From IMG/VR virus record IMGVR_UViG_3300025711_000239, positions 1 to 64,000 of that record: DNA of 64,000 nucleotides. One strand, given 5' to 3'. Shown here piece after piece: positions 50,495-60,951 of the stretch. Each line of letters begins with the position of its first letter. Within the stretch, counting starts at the first letter, position 1. Made by a program: the position numbers and the translations under genes. The notes beneath the pieces were generated by a model. It was not told where the DNA came from. It saw only the letters and a program-made list of their open reading frames with translations, and did not search any database. Source of the DNA: a virus. Taxonomy: Duplodnaviria > Caudoviricetes.

Positions 50495-50815
50495 ATGACA
50501 GTTAATGAATCAGAGTTATTGAAGTCCGGTTTTACTGATGCTGATTTGAAAATAATCAAAAATAATATTGAAAGCTATGGTGGAACGCTGGACGAAGCAG
50601 TAGTGGAGTTAAGCAACAGATTTAGAGTCCTGTTATGGATCGTTTCAGCCTTCACGCTAGTATTTGTATTTCTTCTTTGTTTCTCGACTAAACCATACAT
50701 TTTAGGGGGAGGCTTATCTCTGCTGTTCTGTGCAGTCATTGTGACGTTTATTCAACCGCCAGTTCTGGCCTGGAAATCATGGCGCTACTGGCGGTCGAAA
50801 AAAGGCTTAGCGTGA
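50495..50815 (+). CDS. Small inner-membrane protein
   Basis: Two TM helices, basic C-terminus; convergent with and overlapping the next gene. Confidence 0.75.
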   Translation: MTVNESELLKSGFTDADLKIIKNNIESYGGTLDEAVVELSNRFRVLLWIVSAFTLVFVFLLCFSTKPYILGGGLSLLFCAVIVTFIQPPVLAWKSWRYWRSKKGLA

Positions 50816-51637
50816 TTGATCACTTACGCTGAGTAAATCGAATGTCACCTTAGCCGTTACACCCCATCCGATTATTTTCATGGTCAGCTTTGGACGGCTC
50901 ATGGTGTCAATCTTACGGAAGTAATCGCGGGGCATCCATTTGAAAAGCCGCCATGCGGCAGGCTTTCTCGCCAGCCCCCAAACGCTGTAAACACTGGCTG
51001 AGAGTGTTAGCGTATTGTAGAAAGCCAGTCCTGACTCTGGTTTAAATCCCATGTATTTTGCAGCCTGCATTGCACCATCGGCAATAATTCCTTCTGTTTG
51101 TACGTCAGACAGGTTGGTAATAAATTCTTTGGTCACGCCATTAGCCCCGTCAACAACGAGAACGGCACCAGCCAGTATGCCAACAGGTGTCATTGTCGCG
51201 ATCATCAAAGCACCGCCGACAACAGAAAAACTTGAAAGCGCGACATGAACAGCGGAAATCATGTAACCCACAATTTTGTTGTTTTCGCGAACAAACTCCA
51301 CTTTGGCATAGAGTTGTGCTGCCTTTGTGAGCAGTAATCTTCCTTGCTCTTCAAGGTTTTCTGTTTCAGATCTAAGCTGTTTAACGCACTCCAGACATTC
51401 TTCATCAGATTTTGCTTGTCGGGCGGCGGCAAACTGCTTATCAACAACCGATTTTATTTCCTGGACAAACTGCATCCGGGTAAGACCATCGTTAAGATGT
51501 AAGGCTGACAGCCTGTTAGCTGTATTGATCAGCTTTCTGGCTTCAAGGTTGACCATTGTTTCAGCCCAGGCTTTATTCCTTCCACCTGAGCGCATCATTT
51601 CAAGCAAGACTGCGTCCATTTTTATCTCCCTGTACAT
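50807..51637 (-). CDS. DUF4225-like protein
   Basis: Helical N-terminus, hydrophobic hairpin, AAKYMGF and AWRLF motifs. Confidence 0.7.
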   Translation of the reverse strand: MYREIKMDAVLLEMMRSGGRNKAWAETMVNLEARKLINTANRLSALHLNDGLTRMQFVQEIKSVVDKQFAAARQAKSDEECLECVKQLRSETENLEEQGRLLLTKAAQLYAKVEFVRENNKIVGYMISAVHVALSSFSVVGGALMIATMTPVGILAGAVLVVDGANGVTKEFITNLSDVQTEGIIADGAMQAAKYMGFKPESGLAFYNTLTLSASVYSVWGLARKPAAWRLFKWMPRDYFRKIDTMSRPKLTMKIIGWGVTAKVTFDLLSVSDQSR

Positions 51638-51796
51638 TACATCATCAATAATACTCGCTGATTACTGGCTGTAAACAGTGGCAGACCGTTCCATTGATCA
51701 TCAATGACACTCCAATAAAAATTGGCATCAAAAATACGTGCTCTGCTGATAGTCCAGCAAAGACAAAAAACCCGCATAAAGCGGGTTTCGTTCGTT

Positions 51797-54514
51797 TTAG
51801 AGAGCGGCAATTATGTCGTTGACCGTTTTGCGCGTCTCACTTTTGCAGGATACAGATCGGCGTGTGGCCAATGGGGTGATCCTGAAACCATTGCTGATAT
51901 ACAGGTACAGAATGGCAGGCGCGCTGCTGTTTGTGATTACCACCTTCGCCCCACGGTCCCGCGCTGCAACCAGACACTCCACCAGCCGCACCTGATCCGC
52001 GAACGTGAAAGAGGTGCCGCTGTAGGCCGTAAACCCGGCTTCGTCCGGCAGAGGCTCATACGGCGGGTCACAAAACACTACGTCACCTTCACCCGCCTGC
52101 GCGATCACATCCTCAAATCCGGCACACATGAACGTCATTTCTTTCTGCATGCCGGTGAAGTGCGCCAGTTCATCCATCGGGAAGTAGTTCGCTTCACCCT
52201 TTTTATTCCAGCCCACGTTAAACAGGCCTTTTTGATTGTACCGGCACAAACCGTTGTAGCTGGTGCGCATTAGCGCGAGGAAAAGCGCTGCGTGGCGTAC
52301 AGCGTGTGCCTCGCGCCCGTTAAACTCGGTCCGGATTGCATCATGTGCCTTACCGGATATGCAGCCTCGCTCCAGCTGGTAGGCCGTCTTAATTACGGCA
52401 TCAGGATTGCCCTGCAACTGATTGAACAGGTTAATCAGGTCCGGGTTAACATCACCCAACAGGTTGCGCTTAAAGCCTGCGTTGATAAAGACCGTACCGC
52501 TGCCGACGAAGGGCTCAATGAGACGGTCGCCAGCAGGAAGCATTGCCAGCACTTCATCCAGTACAGAGTATTTACCGCCCGCCCATTTCAGGAATGAACG
52601 GGGGTATTTGTCGTCTGCAATCTTGCGCGCCGGCGCACGCTTTTTCTTTGCGGCAGGCGGAGCGGGGAGGGCAGCTGGCTGAGTCTCAATTTCGCCAGTC
52701 ACCAACATGATTTGATTAGCAATACGATTGCCAATCCAGCGCATGACCGGCACGGGCATAGAGTTACCGATCGCTTTATAGCGCGGACCATCAGCCGCCA
52801 GCCGGTGCGCCTCTTCTTCCGGCATATCAGGGTGCATCAGGCGGAGGTATGCCAGTTCATCAGCGGCAAGTATATTGCGCTTCTTTTCCGGGATCAGGGT
52901 CCAGCCATCCGGGAAGCCCTGCAGACGCTCACACTCCTTTGGAGTAAGACGGCGAACTTCGCAGTGACTGACTACAGACGGGAAGCCCTGGCCGGGTTTA
53001 CCTCCACCAGCTGACAGTGCGCCGGTGATCTGGCCATCACCATTGAATAACCGGAGCTCGCCACGGGTGTTTTCAGCAAACGCAGCATGCTCTACGCAGC
53101 GGGCCACGCAGGGAGCTGCGTCACCTTTGCCCGTTTCCCCGGATTCAGCGCTAAGCGCATGGCAAACATCAGCCATGTTGCCGCGGCCATTACGCGCTAT
53201 GCGAGTCTGGAAGCCGTAAGCCACTGCTGGTGGCGCGCCAGCATTAGCATGGCTTTCAGCATGCCCGCCTGCCCGTAAAGTTGGAGATATGCCCTCTACC
53301 GCATCCTGCCCGTAGTCTTTGGAAGAGAACGCCAATATGACATTCTCCTGCCCTTGATTGCATCCGATGGTATGAGCCAAGTTATTTAGTAGGTTTGGAT
53401 CCTGTGTGCCGTGAATAACGCGCACTGCAATACTTTCATGGTCAGCGCCAGATTTAGCCCTTAATGCTGAAATCCCTTCAGCAAATGAGCCATGTCCATT
53501 AGAAGAGAAAGCCACGACAGGCGTACCACGCCCAGTACCATCTTCTGACGCATCATGACCTTCTGCTGTAAGGGTGTGGCTTACCTCGCCAGTAGCGCTC
53601 TGCACTGCAAACGTCTCTACGTCAAAATCATTGCGCTGGCCTTTTGCGGTCAGGCACGCGGCTACGTTAAGCGCACCTGAGCAGTTACCGCCGCCAAATG
53701 CTGAAATTAAGTGACCGGCTGCGGCGTGGGAGAAGTCAGGACCACCGACTCCAGAGCCGTTAGCAGTAAGGGGGGCAACTGCCTGCCCCGTTTCTCTGCG
53801 CGGCGGAGAATCCCGGCGCACGCCGTCGAACTCAAGAAGTACTTCTGCGGGATCAACGTCGTTTCGAGCACTTGAGACAACGAACACACGGCGGCGGCGT
53901 TGGGCCACTCCGAAGTATTGGGCATCGAGCAGTCGCCAGGCGAGTTTGCGCTGTCGTCCAATAACACAACCAGACTTTGGCCACTTCGCCACATGCTTGC
54001 CGTCGCTTTTTTTCCATCGCCAGCCAGGGCCGTTTTTCCCTTGCTCAGGTCGTGGGCCTGGTTCAAACGCTTCATCTTCTCCAGCCATTCCGGCAAGGAA
54101 GTATCCAAAGGCGTTGTCGTCGGTGCTGAGGCTTCCCGGCACGTTTTCCCACAGGTGGACGGCTGGTGGTTCGCCGTTTGAGACTCGTTTTTCATCAATG
54201 GCATTCGCTAAATCTACATAGGCAAGGGTGAGTTGACCGCGAGGGTCGTCAAGGCTTTTACGGAGTCCGGCGATAGAGAACGCCTGGCACGGGGTGCCGC
54301 CAACCATCACAGCGGGGGCAAGGATAGAGCCAGCGCGAACGCCAGCGGCAATTTTGGTCATGTCGCCCAGGTTAGGGACGTCGGGATAGTGGTGTGCCAG
54401 CACGGCCGCGGGAAACTTTTCAATCTCCGCGAACCATGCCGCTTTCCATCCCAGCCCGTCCCACGCCACGCTGGCCGCTTCAATGCCGGAGCAAACGGAA
54501 CCATAGGTGATCAT
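51797..54514 (-). CDS. dmt: Fused C5-cytosine and Dam-like adenine methyltransferase (Dmt)
   Basis: CSGIEA, GGTPCQ, WENVPG, QRRRR, GNSM; then KWAGGK, EPFVGSG, DPPY. Confidence 0.93.
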   Translation of the reverse strand: MITYGSVCSGIEAASVAWDGLGWKAAWFAEIEKFPAAVLAHHYPDVPNLGDMTKIAAGVRAGSILAPAVMVGGTPCQAFSIAGLRKSLDDPRGQLTLAYVDLANAIDEKRVSNGEPPAVHLWENVPGSLSTDDNAFGYFLAGMAGEDEAFEPGPRPEQGKNGPGWRWKKSDGKHVAKWPKSGCVIGRQRKLAWRLLDAQYFGVAQRRRRVFVVSSARNDVDPAEVLLEFDGVRRDSPPRRETGQAVAPLTANGSGVGGPDFSHAAAGHLISAFGGGNCSGALNVAACLTAKGQRNDFDVETFAVQSATGEVSHTLTAEGHDASEDGTGRGTPVVAFSSNGHGSFAEGISALRAKSGADHESIAVRVIHGTQDPNLLNNLAHTIGCNQGQENVILAFSSKDYGQDAVEGISPTLRAGGHAESHANAGAPPAVAYGFQTRIARNGRGNMADVCHALSAESGETGKGDAAPCVARCVEHAAFAENTRGELRLFNGDGQITGALSAGGGKPGQGFPSVVSHCEVRRLTPKECERLQGFPDGWTLIPEKKRNILAADELAYLRLMHPDMPEEEAHRLAADGPRYKAIGNSMPVPVMRWIGNRIANQIMLVTGEIETQPAALPAPPAAKKKRAPARKIADDKYPRSFLKWAGGKYSVLDEVLAMLPAGDRLIEPFVGSGTVFINAGFKRNLLGDVNPDLINLFNQLQGNPDAVIKTAYQLERGCISGKAHDAIRTEFNGREAHAVRHAALFLALMRTSYNGLCRYNQKGLFNVGWNKKGEANYFPMDELAHFTGMQKEMTFMCAGFEDVIAQAGEGDVVFCDPPYEPLPDEAGFTAYSGTSFTFADQVRLVECLVAARDRGAKVVITNSSAPAILYLYISNGFRITPLATRRSVSCKSETRKTVNDIIAAL

Positions 54515-55419
54515 CGCTTCGCCTCGCCGCCCAGCGCTTCCACCAGCCCGGAGAAGAAGCTGGAAAACTCAGACGTAAAGAGCAGAAAATCAGCCAGCAT
54601 GCGTGCGCGCTGATCCTCGCGGTCGATATCATCATTCTGCTGGGTGAGCATGTCAGCGTACTTAATGCCCTTAATGCTCAGGTCATCGGATACGCGGCAG
54701 AAAATGCGCTCCTGCCAGTCCAGGCTAAGCTGCGTGACCAGCTTTCCGGCCTCGATGTGTGTACGCATTTCGTCGCTCAGCAAATCCTGTTTTTTGCAGC
54801 GGATTTTGCCGCCATCTTCCAGTATTGCCGCCAGCTCAGCCTCGTCGCCCAGCGCAAAACCGGCAGGTAGTTCTGCGGCGCGCAGCCATTCAGTCAGCGT
54901 CAGCTCAATAGGATTAGCGGCCATCATTGGAATAACCGGCAGTGAGCCGATGGTTTTGCGCAGTAGCGCCAGCATGTCTTCAGCAGATTTAGCGCTGGCT
55001 GCGTCAACGTAAATACGGCTGTTAACGCTGTCGATCCAGATGTACGACTCAGAGCGCCGTGAAAAAGCACGCGGCAGAAGCACACACAGCGCCTCGTCTC
55101 TCAGGCTGACTCTTTCACTGCGGCGCACCTTGCGCGCCTGCTCACGCTCAATTTTCTCCACTTTCTCGGCAACGTAATCATTGAGCGTTGCGACTGGCAT
55201 GATTTTGGTTTCATGCTGACAGCACAGCAGGTACTGACCGTTCTCAGCCAGTAACATGCTGTCAGACGTCACATTGATCCAGCCTGATTTAGCCATGTCT
55301 TGCGCAGCACAGGGAGAAAACGCCATAGTCTGCAGCTGCTGCTCCAGTTCCTCCGCATCGAGCGGAATGTCCCGGTTCAGGCTGTAGACCATGACGTTTT
55401 TAAAGAAGGGGGATTTCAT
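54511..55419 (-). CDS. rdgC: RdgC homologue (HrdC)
   Basis: FKNVMVY, LLPRAF, LLRKTIGSLP, GKLVTQL motifs. Confidence 0.93.
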   Translation of the reverse strand: MKSPFFKNVMVYSLNRDIPLDAEELEQQLQTMAFSPCAAQDMAKSGWINVTSDSMLLAENGQYLLCCQHETKIMPVATLNDYVAEKVEKIEREQARKVRRSERVSLRDEALCVLLPRAFSRRSESYIWIDSVNSRIYVDAASAKSAEDMLALLRKTIGSLPVIPMMAANPIELTLTEWLRAAELPAGFALGDEAELAAILEDGGKIRCKKQDLLSDEMRTHIEAGKLVTQLSLDWQERIFCRVSDDLSIKGIKYADMLTQQNDDIDREDQRARMLADFLLFTSEFSSFFSGLVEALGGEAKR

Positions 55420-55483
55420 TCAGAAATGTCTCAACTAAAAGAGTTAATACATTCTAAATAAATTTTTATATTTAAGATAACCA

Positions 55484-56092
55484 TTACTGACTAAACTCGA
55501 ATTGCGCCGCGGTTGCGCTGAACGCTCCGCCAGACTGGAACACGATTTTCCCGCCTATCTTAATAGTCAGATTGCCGCCGACGTCGATTACCAGATTGCC
55601 CGGTCCCAGCAGGTAAATATCCCCGCCCTCATTCATCCCGATCCGCGAACCGCTGGCCGTATTGGCAATCTCATACCCGCCACCAGCAGACCGGATCTCC
55701 AATAGGTTATTGCGGTGCGACACAAAATCCGTAGTCGGATTCAGGGAAGGACGCGCTGGCGCATCGTCCACAGCTGGCGGCTCATACCCGCCACCCTGTC
55801 CGGAGGCTTCAGGCGCGACGCTTGGCACGCCGCCCGGTGCAGACTGCGCCGCGCCGGTGATTAGCGGGCGCCGGGTATCCGGATTGCCGCGGCCGTCTTT
55901 GTAAGGGAACTCCACCCATACCTGATCGCCAACGATACAGGGTATAAACGTGTTGCCGATCGGAAGCTGATATTCAGCCCAGGGCAGGGTATCCGCGTCC
56001 ACATCAGCCCACTGCGGAGTAAGGCGGATCTGCGCCCGCATATGGCCCAACGGGTCTTTAGTCGCCGTGATAATGGCACGCTGCTTACTCAC
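55484..56092 (-). CDS. Baseplate spike gp5-like protein
   Basis: LPWAEY, GDQVWVEFP OB-fold motifs. Confidence 0.82.
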   Translation of the reverse strand: MSKQRAIITATKDPLGHMRAQIRLTPQWADVDADTLPWAEYQLPIGNTFIPCIVGDQVWVEFPYKDGRGNPDTRRPLITGAAQSAPGGVPSVAPEASGQGGGYEPPAVDDAPARPSLNPTTDFVSHRNNLLEIRSAGGGYEIANTASGSRIGMNEGGDIYLLGPGNLVIDVGGNLTIKIGGKIVFQSGGAFSATAAQFEFSQ

Positions 56093-57078
56093 TGATTGGG
56101 TACTCCTAAAATCATGCGCGTGGTGTAGCCAATCCGATCCTCATGGTGAATGACCGCAATGGCGATAAAGTTTTTGGGTAACGTTTCGTCTACTTGGTTT
56201 TCCGCGTCATAGCGGTGGATCTGCACGCCAATAACCATGCCTGCGGTGACGTCCGCGTTGCCGCTGACCTCAATATCCAGTTTGGGAACGATCACCCGCG
56301 CCATGTTTGTCAGCGTTGCCACGTCGGCGTCAGAAATGTATTTGACCGGCTTCGTCTTATCGCCCACGGCTACGTAGCCCTCTGTCATGGAATAGCCGAC
56401 ATACTGATAGTCCCGGCTGCTGGTGGCGGCGGCATCCTGATTGATGTTGCTCAGCTTGCTGATCGTGTAAGCCGCCTGGGGGTTGTTAGCCTCATAGACA
56501 AATGCTGCCTTTGTGCCGATTAGCTTTGCCATGTCCTTCATGCAGAACTTACCGCGGGCGCACCACACCAGCGCGCCATGATCGTCAGCTATCTGGCGCA
56601 GCACGCTGGACGGTTTCTCACCCATATTCAGGTGATAGGTCATCGCTTTGCGGAAGGCATCAGCCTCAATCGTCATTTTGCCAGCGAACTCTGCCATGAC
56701 GTCACCCGGCTGGCGGTCGGCATACAGTCGCACGCGAGCAGACGGGGTTTTGAGACGCTTCAAATCCGCTGACACGGCGATGATCCGCACCACGTCACCG
56801 CTGGCGGGCGCGGACGTCACGAAAAACGTCTCTGTGTACGCGCCGCGCTGCCCGGTCGGGTCGCCCAGCTCTGCCACCAGCTCAGCGCCATACCGGGCGC
56901 CCATTTCGTCCACCAGCTTTCCGGCTGGATCGTGCGTCTCCAGTACCAGCAGCGGCGCAGTCAGCGACGTTTTCTCGATGTAAATCACGGACGTTATCCA
57001 GCTGCGCGGCATTTCCGCGCCATTAAGCAGGACCGACTGCAGGAAGTACTGCATAGGCTTGTTTTGCTGATCAGCCAT
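56089..57078 (-). CDS. Baseplate hub gp6-like protein
   Basis: Synteny 26-25-7-24-6-5. Confidence 0.7.
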   Translation of the reverse strand: MADQQNKPMQYFLQSVLLNGAEMPRSWITSVIYIEKTSLTAPLLVLETHDPAGKLVDEMGARYGAELVAELGDPTGQRGAYTETFFVTSAPASGDVVRIIAVSADLKRLKTPSARVRLYADRQPGDVMAEFAGKMTIEADAFRKAMTYHLNMGEKPSSVLRQIADDHGALVWCARGKFCMKDMAKLIGTKAAFVYEANNPQAAYTISKLSNINQDAAATSSRDYQYVGYSMTEGYVAVGDKTKPVKYISDADVATLTNMARVIVPKLDIEVSGNADVTAGMVIGVQIHRYDAENQVDETLPKNFIAIAVIHHEDRIGYTTRMILGVPNQ

Positions 57079-57848
57079 CAGTTGCCTCCCGGTGCCAGCT
57101 GGGTGTCATAGCGGACGCTCCGGGCATCAACTTCATGCGCGGTCAGCACATCCACCATGACAATCAGCGACGCCTGGCAGGCGTAAATCCGATCCTGGGT
57201 GAACGGCGGCGACATATCGCTGAACATGATGGTTTTGGCGTCCTGAATGCTGCAGTTGATCTCAACGGGCCAGTGGACCAGCTTTTCCTGCGCCGTGAAG
57301 TTAGTGGTGAGCCGGGAGCGGAAGTTAGCGGCCAGCGTGTTGCACATCAGTGACAGCGTATCTTTGTCACTGGCAATCAGCGTGATGGAGTAATTGAGCG
57401 AGGCCTGTGTAGCCTCAATCTGGGCCAGCGGCATATCGCCTTGTGACGGGTCGGTAAACTGGCCCAGGTTGCGGTCTATCTCCTGGTCGTTGTTGTCATA
57501 GGTGATATCAAACCCGCGAGACAGGTTGATCAGCGGCAGGGCGTCACGGTTCAGGTCTGGCATGTCCGACGCCTTCACGCTGCGGCGTCCGGCGCCCGCC
57601 TGGCGCACGGCGCGCAGAAAATCCATGACGTCATCAAACTTGCCGACGAATACACGATCTTCCGGCTTTCGCGCCAGAAATGAGCTATAGCGCTGCTCAT
57701 GCTCCCGCGGCTTGGTTATGACGGCGCTGCTGAATACGTCATTCAGCGCCTTCGCTACGGCGGCGTCGGCGGCAGTAAAACCGGTACTCTCCACTTTTCC
57801 AGTGCGTGTAGTCACCCATTCACGGGTGCGGGAAAGCAGCTGATTCAT
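57078..57848 (-). CDS. gp24-like tail protein
   Basis: Synteny; LPLINLSR. Confidence 0.68.
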   Translation of the reverse strand: MNQLLSRTREWVTTRTGKVESTGFTAADAAVAKALNDVFSSAVITKPREHEQRYSSFLARKPEDRVFVGKFDDVMDFLRAVRQAGAGRRSVKASDMPDLNRDALPLINLSRGFDITYDNNDQEIDRNLGQFTDPSQGDMPLAQIEATQASLNYSITLIASDKDTLSLMCNTLAANFRSRLTTNFTAQEKLVHWPVEINCSIQDAKTIMFSDMSPPFTQDRIYACQASLIVMVDVLTAHEVDARSVRYDTQLAPGGN

Positions 57849-58630
57849 TCGATCCGTCCGTTGCTGGTGGTGTCAAAATTGCGGGCAGGAATGCAGTAGT
57901 AAAGCGATCCGACATTCTGCGTACCGAAGCCGTAAATGCGGTGAACGTACCACCAGCGGCGTACCAGGTTGCCGCTGGCCATCTCTTCGTTCCACTCAAG
58001 GATTGAGCCAACCGGCACACCTTCAGCGGCGATGCGCAGGATCAGTACGTCGTCAGTAAATCCATCCTGTTCGCCATCGGCATCGAGCACCTGGAAACTT
58101 TCGCGCTCGTCCGGACAATCCAGCACCGTGACAATGACCGGATCAGCATCCTCATAGCTCAGGTGACGCTGGTTATTGTTGAGCTCGGTAAACGACGGCT
58201 GTTCAAAGCCCGTTTCATCGTCCACCTCGCCAACGTCGCGCATGTCCGGCAGGTATAGCAGCGCCTGAAACGCGCTGTAATCGCTCTCAATCGCTTTAAT
58301 CCAGTCGCGGCGGACCATGTTGTTAAACGAGGCGTGGCCTTTGTAGCGCGGCTTTAGCGCCGTGCTCTGTTCGCGTGCCGCGAGCGTGTCCGGGAGCGGG
58401 GCGCTCAGCGGGTCATGATCCTCACTGCTATTGCTGTTAGCGTCATCAGGACCGCCAGCGGTATCGCCATCGGGTGACGAGGCGGCGGTCGGCGCGGCGG
58501 CGTCCAGATCGATAACAGCGCTGCTGCTATCCGGCGTATCGACGGCGGAAGAGGGTTGCTCTGTTTCACTGCTGGTGGCCTCGTTGATCGTCGGTGGATT
58601 GTCGGCCAAAAATTCGTCGTACCGTCCCAT
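57845..58630 (-). CDS. gp7-like protein
   Basis: LDCPDE, VGSILEW, WWYVH, YYCIP; synteny. Confidence 0.68.
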   Translation of the reverse strand: MGRYDEFLADNPPTINEATSSETEQPSSAVDTPDSSSAVIDLDAAAPTAASSPDGDTAGGPDDANSNSSEDHDPLSAPLPDTLAAREQSTALKPRYKGHASFNNMVRRDWIKAIESDYSAFQALLYLPDMRDVGEVDDETGFEQPSFTELNNNQRHLSYEDADPVIVTVLDCPDERESFQVLDADGEQDGFTDDVLILRIAAEGVPVGSILEWNEEMASGNLVRRWWYVHRIYGFGTQNVGSLYYCIPARNFDTTSNGRIE

Positions 58631-59847
58631 TACTGATTACCTGCTTTTGTCTGGTTTTTTGCGTATTCAATAAACATCTTCTCGGCTTGGGCGCGGGGCG
58701 TGCCGCTCAGCACCAGGGCGTCAATGAACGTCTGGCGCTGGATCTTCGCCTGGTCTGCCAGCTGCTGACGCAGAAGGGCGTTTTTGGCCTTTTCGTCCGC
58801 CAGTTCCGCCTGCTTCTTCGCGGCGCGGGTGCGCTGCGCTGCGGTCAGCTTCTTGGCACGGGTCAGCTGGCCGCGCAGTTTGTCGATCCGCCCGTCGTCG
58901 TTGTCCAGGCGCTTCGCAAGCGCGCCCATGCGCTTCTGATACTTCTCATGCTCACGCTTAACAGCGGCGACGTTCGTCTGCGAACTACGGTTGCGGTTGA
59001 ACTTCGCTTTGTCGGCGTCAGTGAAGTGCTCAGTGGTTTTGCGCGGGTCATCGCCATAGGCGTTGTTACTGGCGCTTTTATGCAATGCCTGGCCGATGCG
59101 CACCTGCCATGAGGCGGATTGCAGACGGGTGAAGGCGTGAATGACGTGCTTACAGGCGACGCCTTTCAGATTCGGGTTTTTCTCTTTGGGGTAGGCGTAC
59201 TCTTTTGGCGGGGCAAGCGCGAAATTGCCTGCTGTGGCGATGTAGCGATACCAGTACTGGTGACGGCCACAATCGCAATCAAAAGAGACGCGGCCAGCGC
59301 AGAGTCGCTTGGCAATTTTGGCTGCGCTGTCTTTGGCATCGGTGATTTCCTCTATCAGCTGATCCCACTCTTCAAAGCGGAATTTCACGCGGTGATGCTT
59401 ATCGAGCGAGGCGGCGGACGCCTCCACACTAACGGTCAGGACGTTATGTTTAAGCGTCGTGGGCGTGGCGCGCTTAATGCCACTTCCGTCATCTACCCGG
59501 TTGTTGGCGCGCTTAATGTCGATCTGCTGACTACCGGCCACCAGCTGCGCATACGTGATACCTGCCTGTGAAGAATTGAACTGCTGGCGGGCGCCGGCGC
59601 GATTTGCTTCGAACCCTTTCAGATCCTCTTTCGTGAAGAACGTGCCGGACTTCTTTTTGCCCAGGGCGATAATGTCGTCCAGCGCCTTGTTCTTCAGGGT
59701 CAGCGGGTTGAGCGTGCGCCGCGCTATGCGCCGGGATTTACGGCGGTCTTTATCAATCTGGTCAAAGACGCGGGAGAACTCTTTGGAGGAAAGCCCTGCC
59801 GTGTCGTAGCGCCCGGACCGTGTGCGGGCAAACGGAGTATCAGCCAC
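58630..59847 (-). CDS. gp25-like protein with SWIM-type zinc finger
   Basis: FDCDCGRHQYWYRY...ACKH. Confidence 0.72.
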   Translation of the reverse strand: MADTPFARTRSGRYDTAGLSSKEFSRVFDQIDKDRRKSRRIARRTLNPLTLKNKALDDIIALGKKKSGTFFTKEDLKGFEANRAGARQQFNSSQAGITYAQLVAGSQQIDIKRANNRVDDGSGIKRATPTTLKHNVLTVSVEASAASLDKHHRVKFRFEEWDQLIEEITDAKDSAAKIAKRLCAGRVSFDCDCGRHQYWYRYIATAGNFALAPPKEYAYPKEKNPNLKGVACKHVIHAFTRLQSASWQVRIGQALHKSASNNAYGDDPRKTTEHFTDADKAKFNRNRSSQTNVAAVKREHEKYQKRMGALAKRLDNDDGRIDKLRGQLTRAKKLTAAQRTRAAKKQAELADEKAKNALLRQQLADQAKIQRQTFIDALVLSGTPRAQAEKMFIEYAKNQTKAGNQ

Positions 59848-60172
59848 TGATTAGCTCCGGCTTGCCACCAGCAAAGTCGCGTATGCGCCCGCGCAGCCAC
59901 GCCATATCGGGCAGAGAAAGCGTCTGGCCTGCTGGCAGCGGCTCCATTTCTGACTCTATTCCGCATAACAGACGGAATACCCAGCGCAGATCGTCATTAC
60001 CTTCATAGGCGCGGTATGCCGCCAGGTCAGCGCGGAATATCTCGTCAAGACGGATGGTGTAGTCGCGGTTGTCTTCGTGGAATGAGGCGGATCGCTTGAT
60101 CACTTCCTGATGGAAGAGGCTGCGTAGCACCACGTCACTAATTGAGCGATCGTCAAGGCGGTTATAACTCAC
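59840..60172 (-). CDS. gp26-like baseplate protein
   Basis: RADLAAYRAY, LRWVF; synteny. Confidence 0.7.
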   Translation of the reverse strand: MSYNRLDDRSISDVVLRSLFHQEVIKRSASFHEDNRDYTIRLDEIFRADLAAYRAYEGNDDLRWVFRLLCGIESEMEPLPAGQTLSLPDMAWLRGRIRDFAGGKPELISG

Positions 60173-60822
60173 AGGATACGTTCCTCGTCACTGATTCGCT
60201 TGCCGGTCAGCGACTCCGGCACGGCTTCAGCGGCTTTGATTTTTTCATAGCCGATGATGCGTTTAAGCGTGTCCATAAGGGTCGGCTCCTGCTCTGCGGT
60301 CGCGGCGGTCATGGCATTGATGTAGTCCGCTGATGCCACGTTGTTGTAGCCCACAGCGAAGCAGCACAGAATGGTTAGTACCTGCTCCGGGCGTATCTCG
60401 CGCCAGTTGATCCGATAGACCTCTTCACCGCTGGCGTTGTATTCCACCTCAACGATGGAGTCTGGAATCTCAAATGCGCCCTTGTTCTCTGCTGGCAGCG
60501 CAATGTTGTCCTGCAGCAGGAGCTCGTTGTAACGCTCGATGCCAATGAGTACCGCTGCACGCCCGTCGCTTCCCCGCGTTTTTAGTGAGATATGGTTGCC
60601 GCCTACTTCGTTGGCCACTTTGCCGGTTGCTTCATCCACCAGCACCTTGAAGCCCTGTTTACGCAGTGCCTCAACGAAGGGGGCGAGTTTGGCCAGCTGC
60701 TTTCGCATGCCCTTTGGCAGCGTCTGCGGCTTTGACATAACGAGCGTGTGCTCTTCGTAAATGGCGGTGATCGCCATCGGCTGATTAGTGGAAAGACTGA
60801 TTACTGCGATTTTCTGTTTCAC
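60169..60822 (-). CDS. mat: Maturation control protein
   Basis: INW...VLTILCCFA..YNNVASADYI matches recalled P1 Mat; ref-mat order. Confidence 0.72.
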   Translation of the reverse strand: MKQKIAVISLSTNQPMAITAIYEEHTLVMSKPQTLPKGMRKQLAKLAPFVEALRKQGFKVLVDEATGKVANEVGGNHISLKTRGSDGRAAVLIGIERYNELLLQDNIALPAENKGAFEIPDSIVEVEYNASGEEVYRINWREIRPEQVLTILCCFAVGYNNVASADYINAMTAATAEQEPTLMDTLKRIIGYEKIKAAEAVPESLTGKRISDEERIL

Positions 60823-60951
60823 ATCTGTATCCCTGAAATGGCGAAAGGCCGCATATAGCGGCCTCTCTGGCTTTTAACGTTCCCAACCGCGCGTTGCAGA
60901 TTAGGTAAGTTGTCAAAAATTCCATCAGGGAACCGCTAACAGCTTAGGGTG

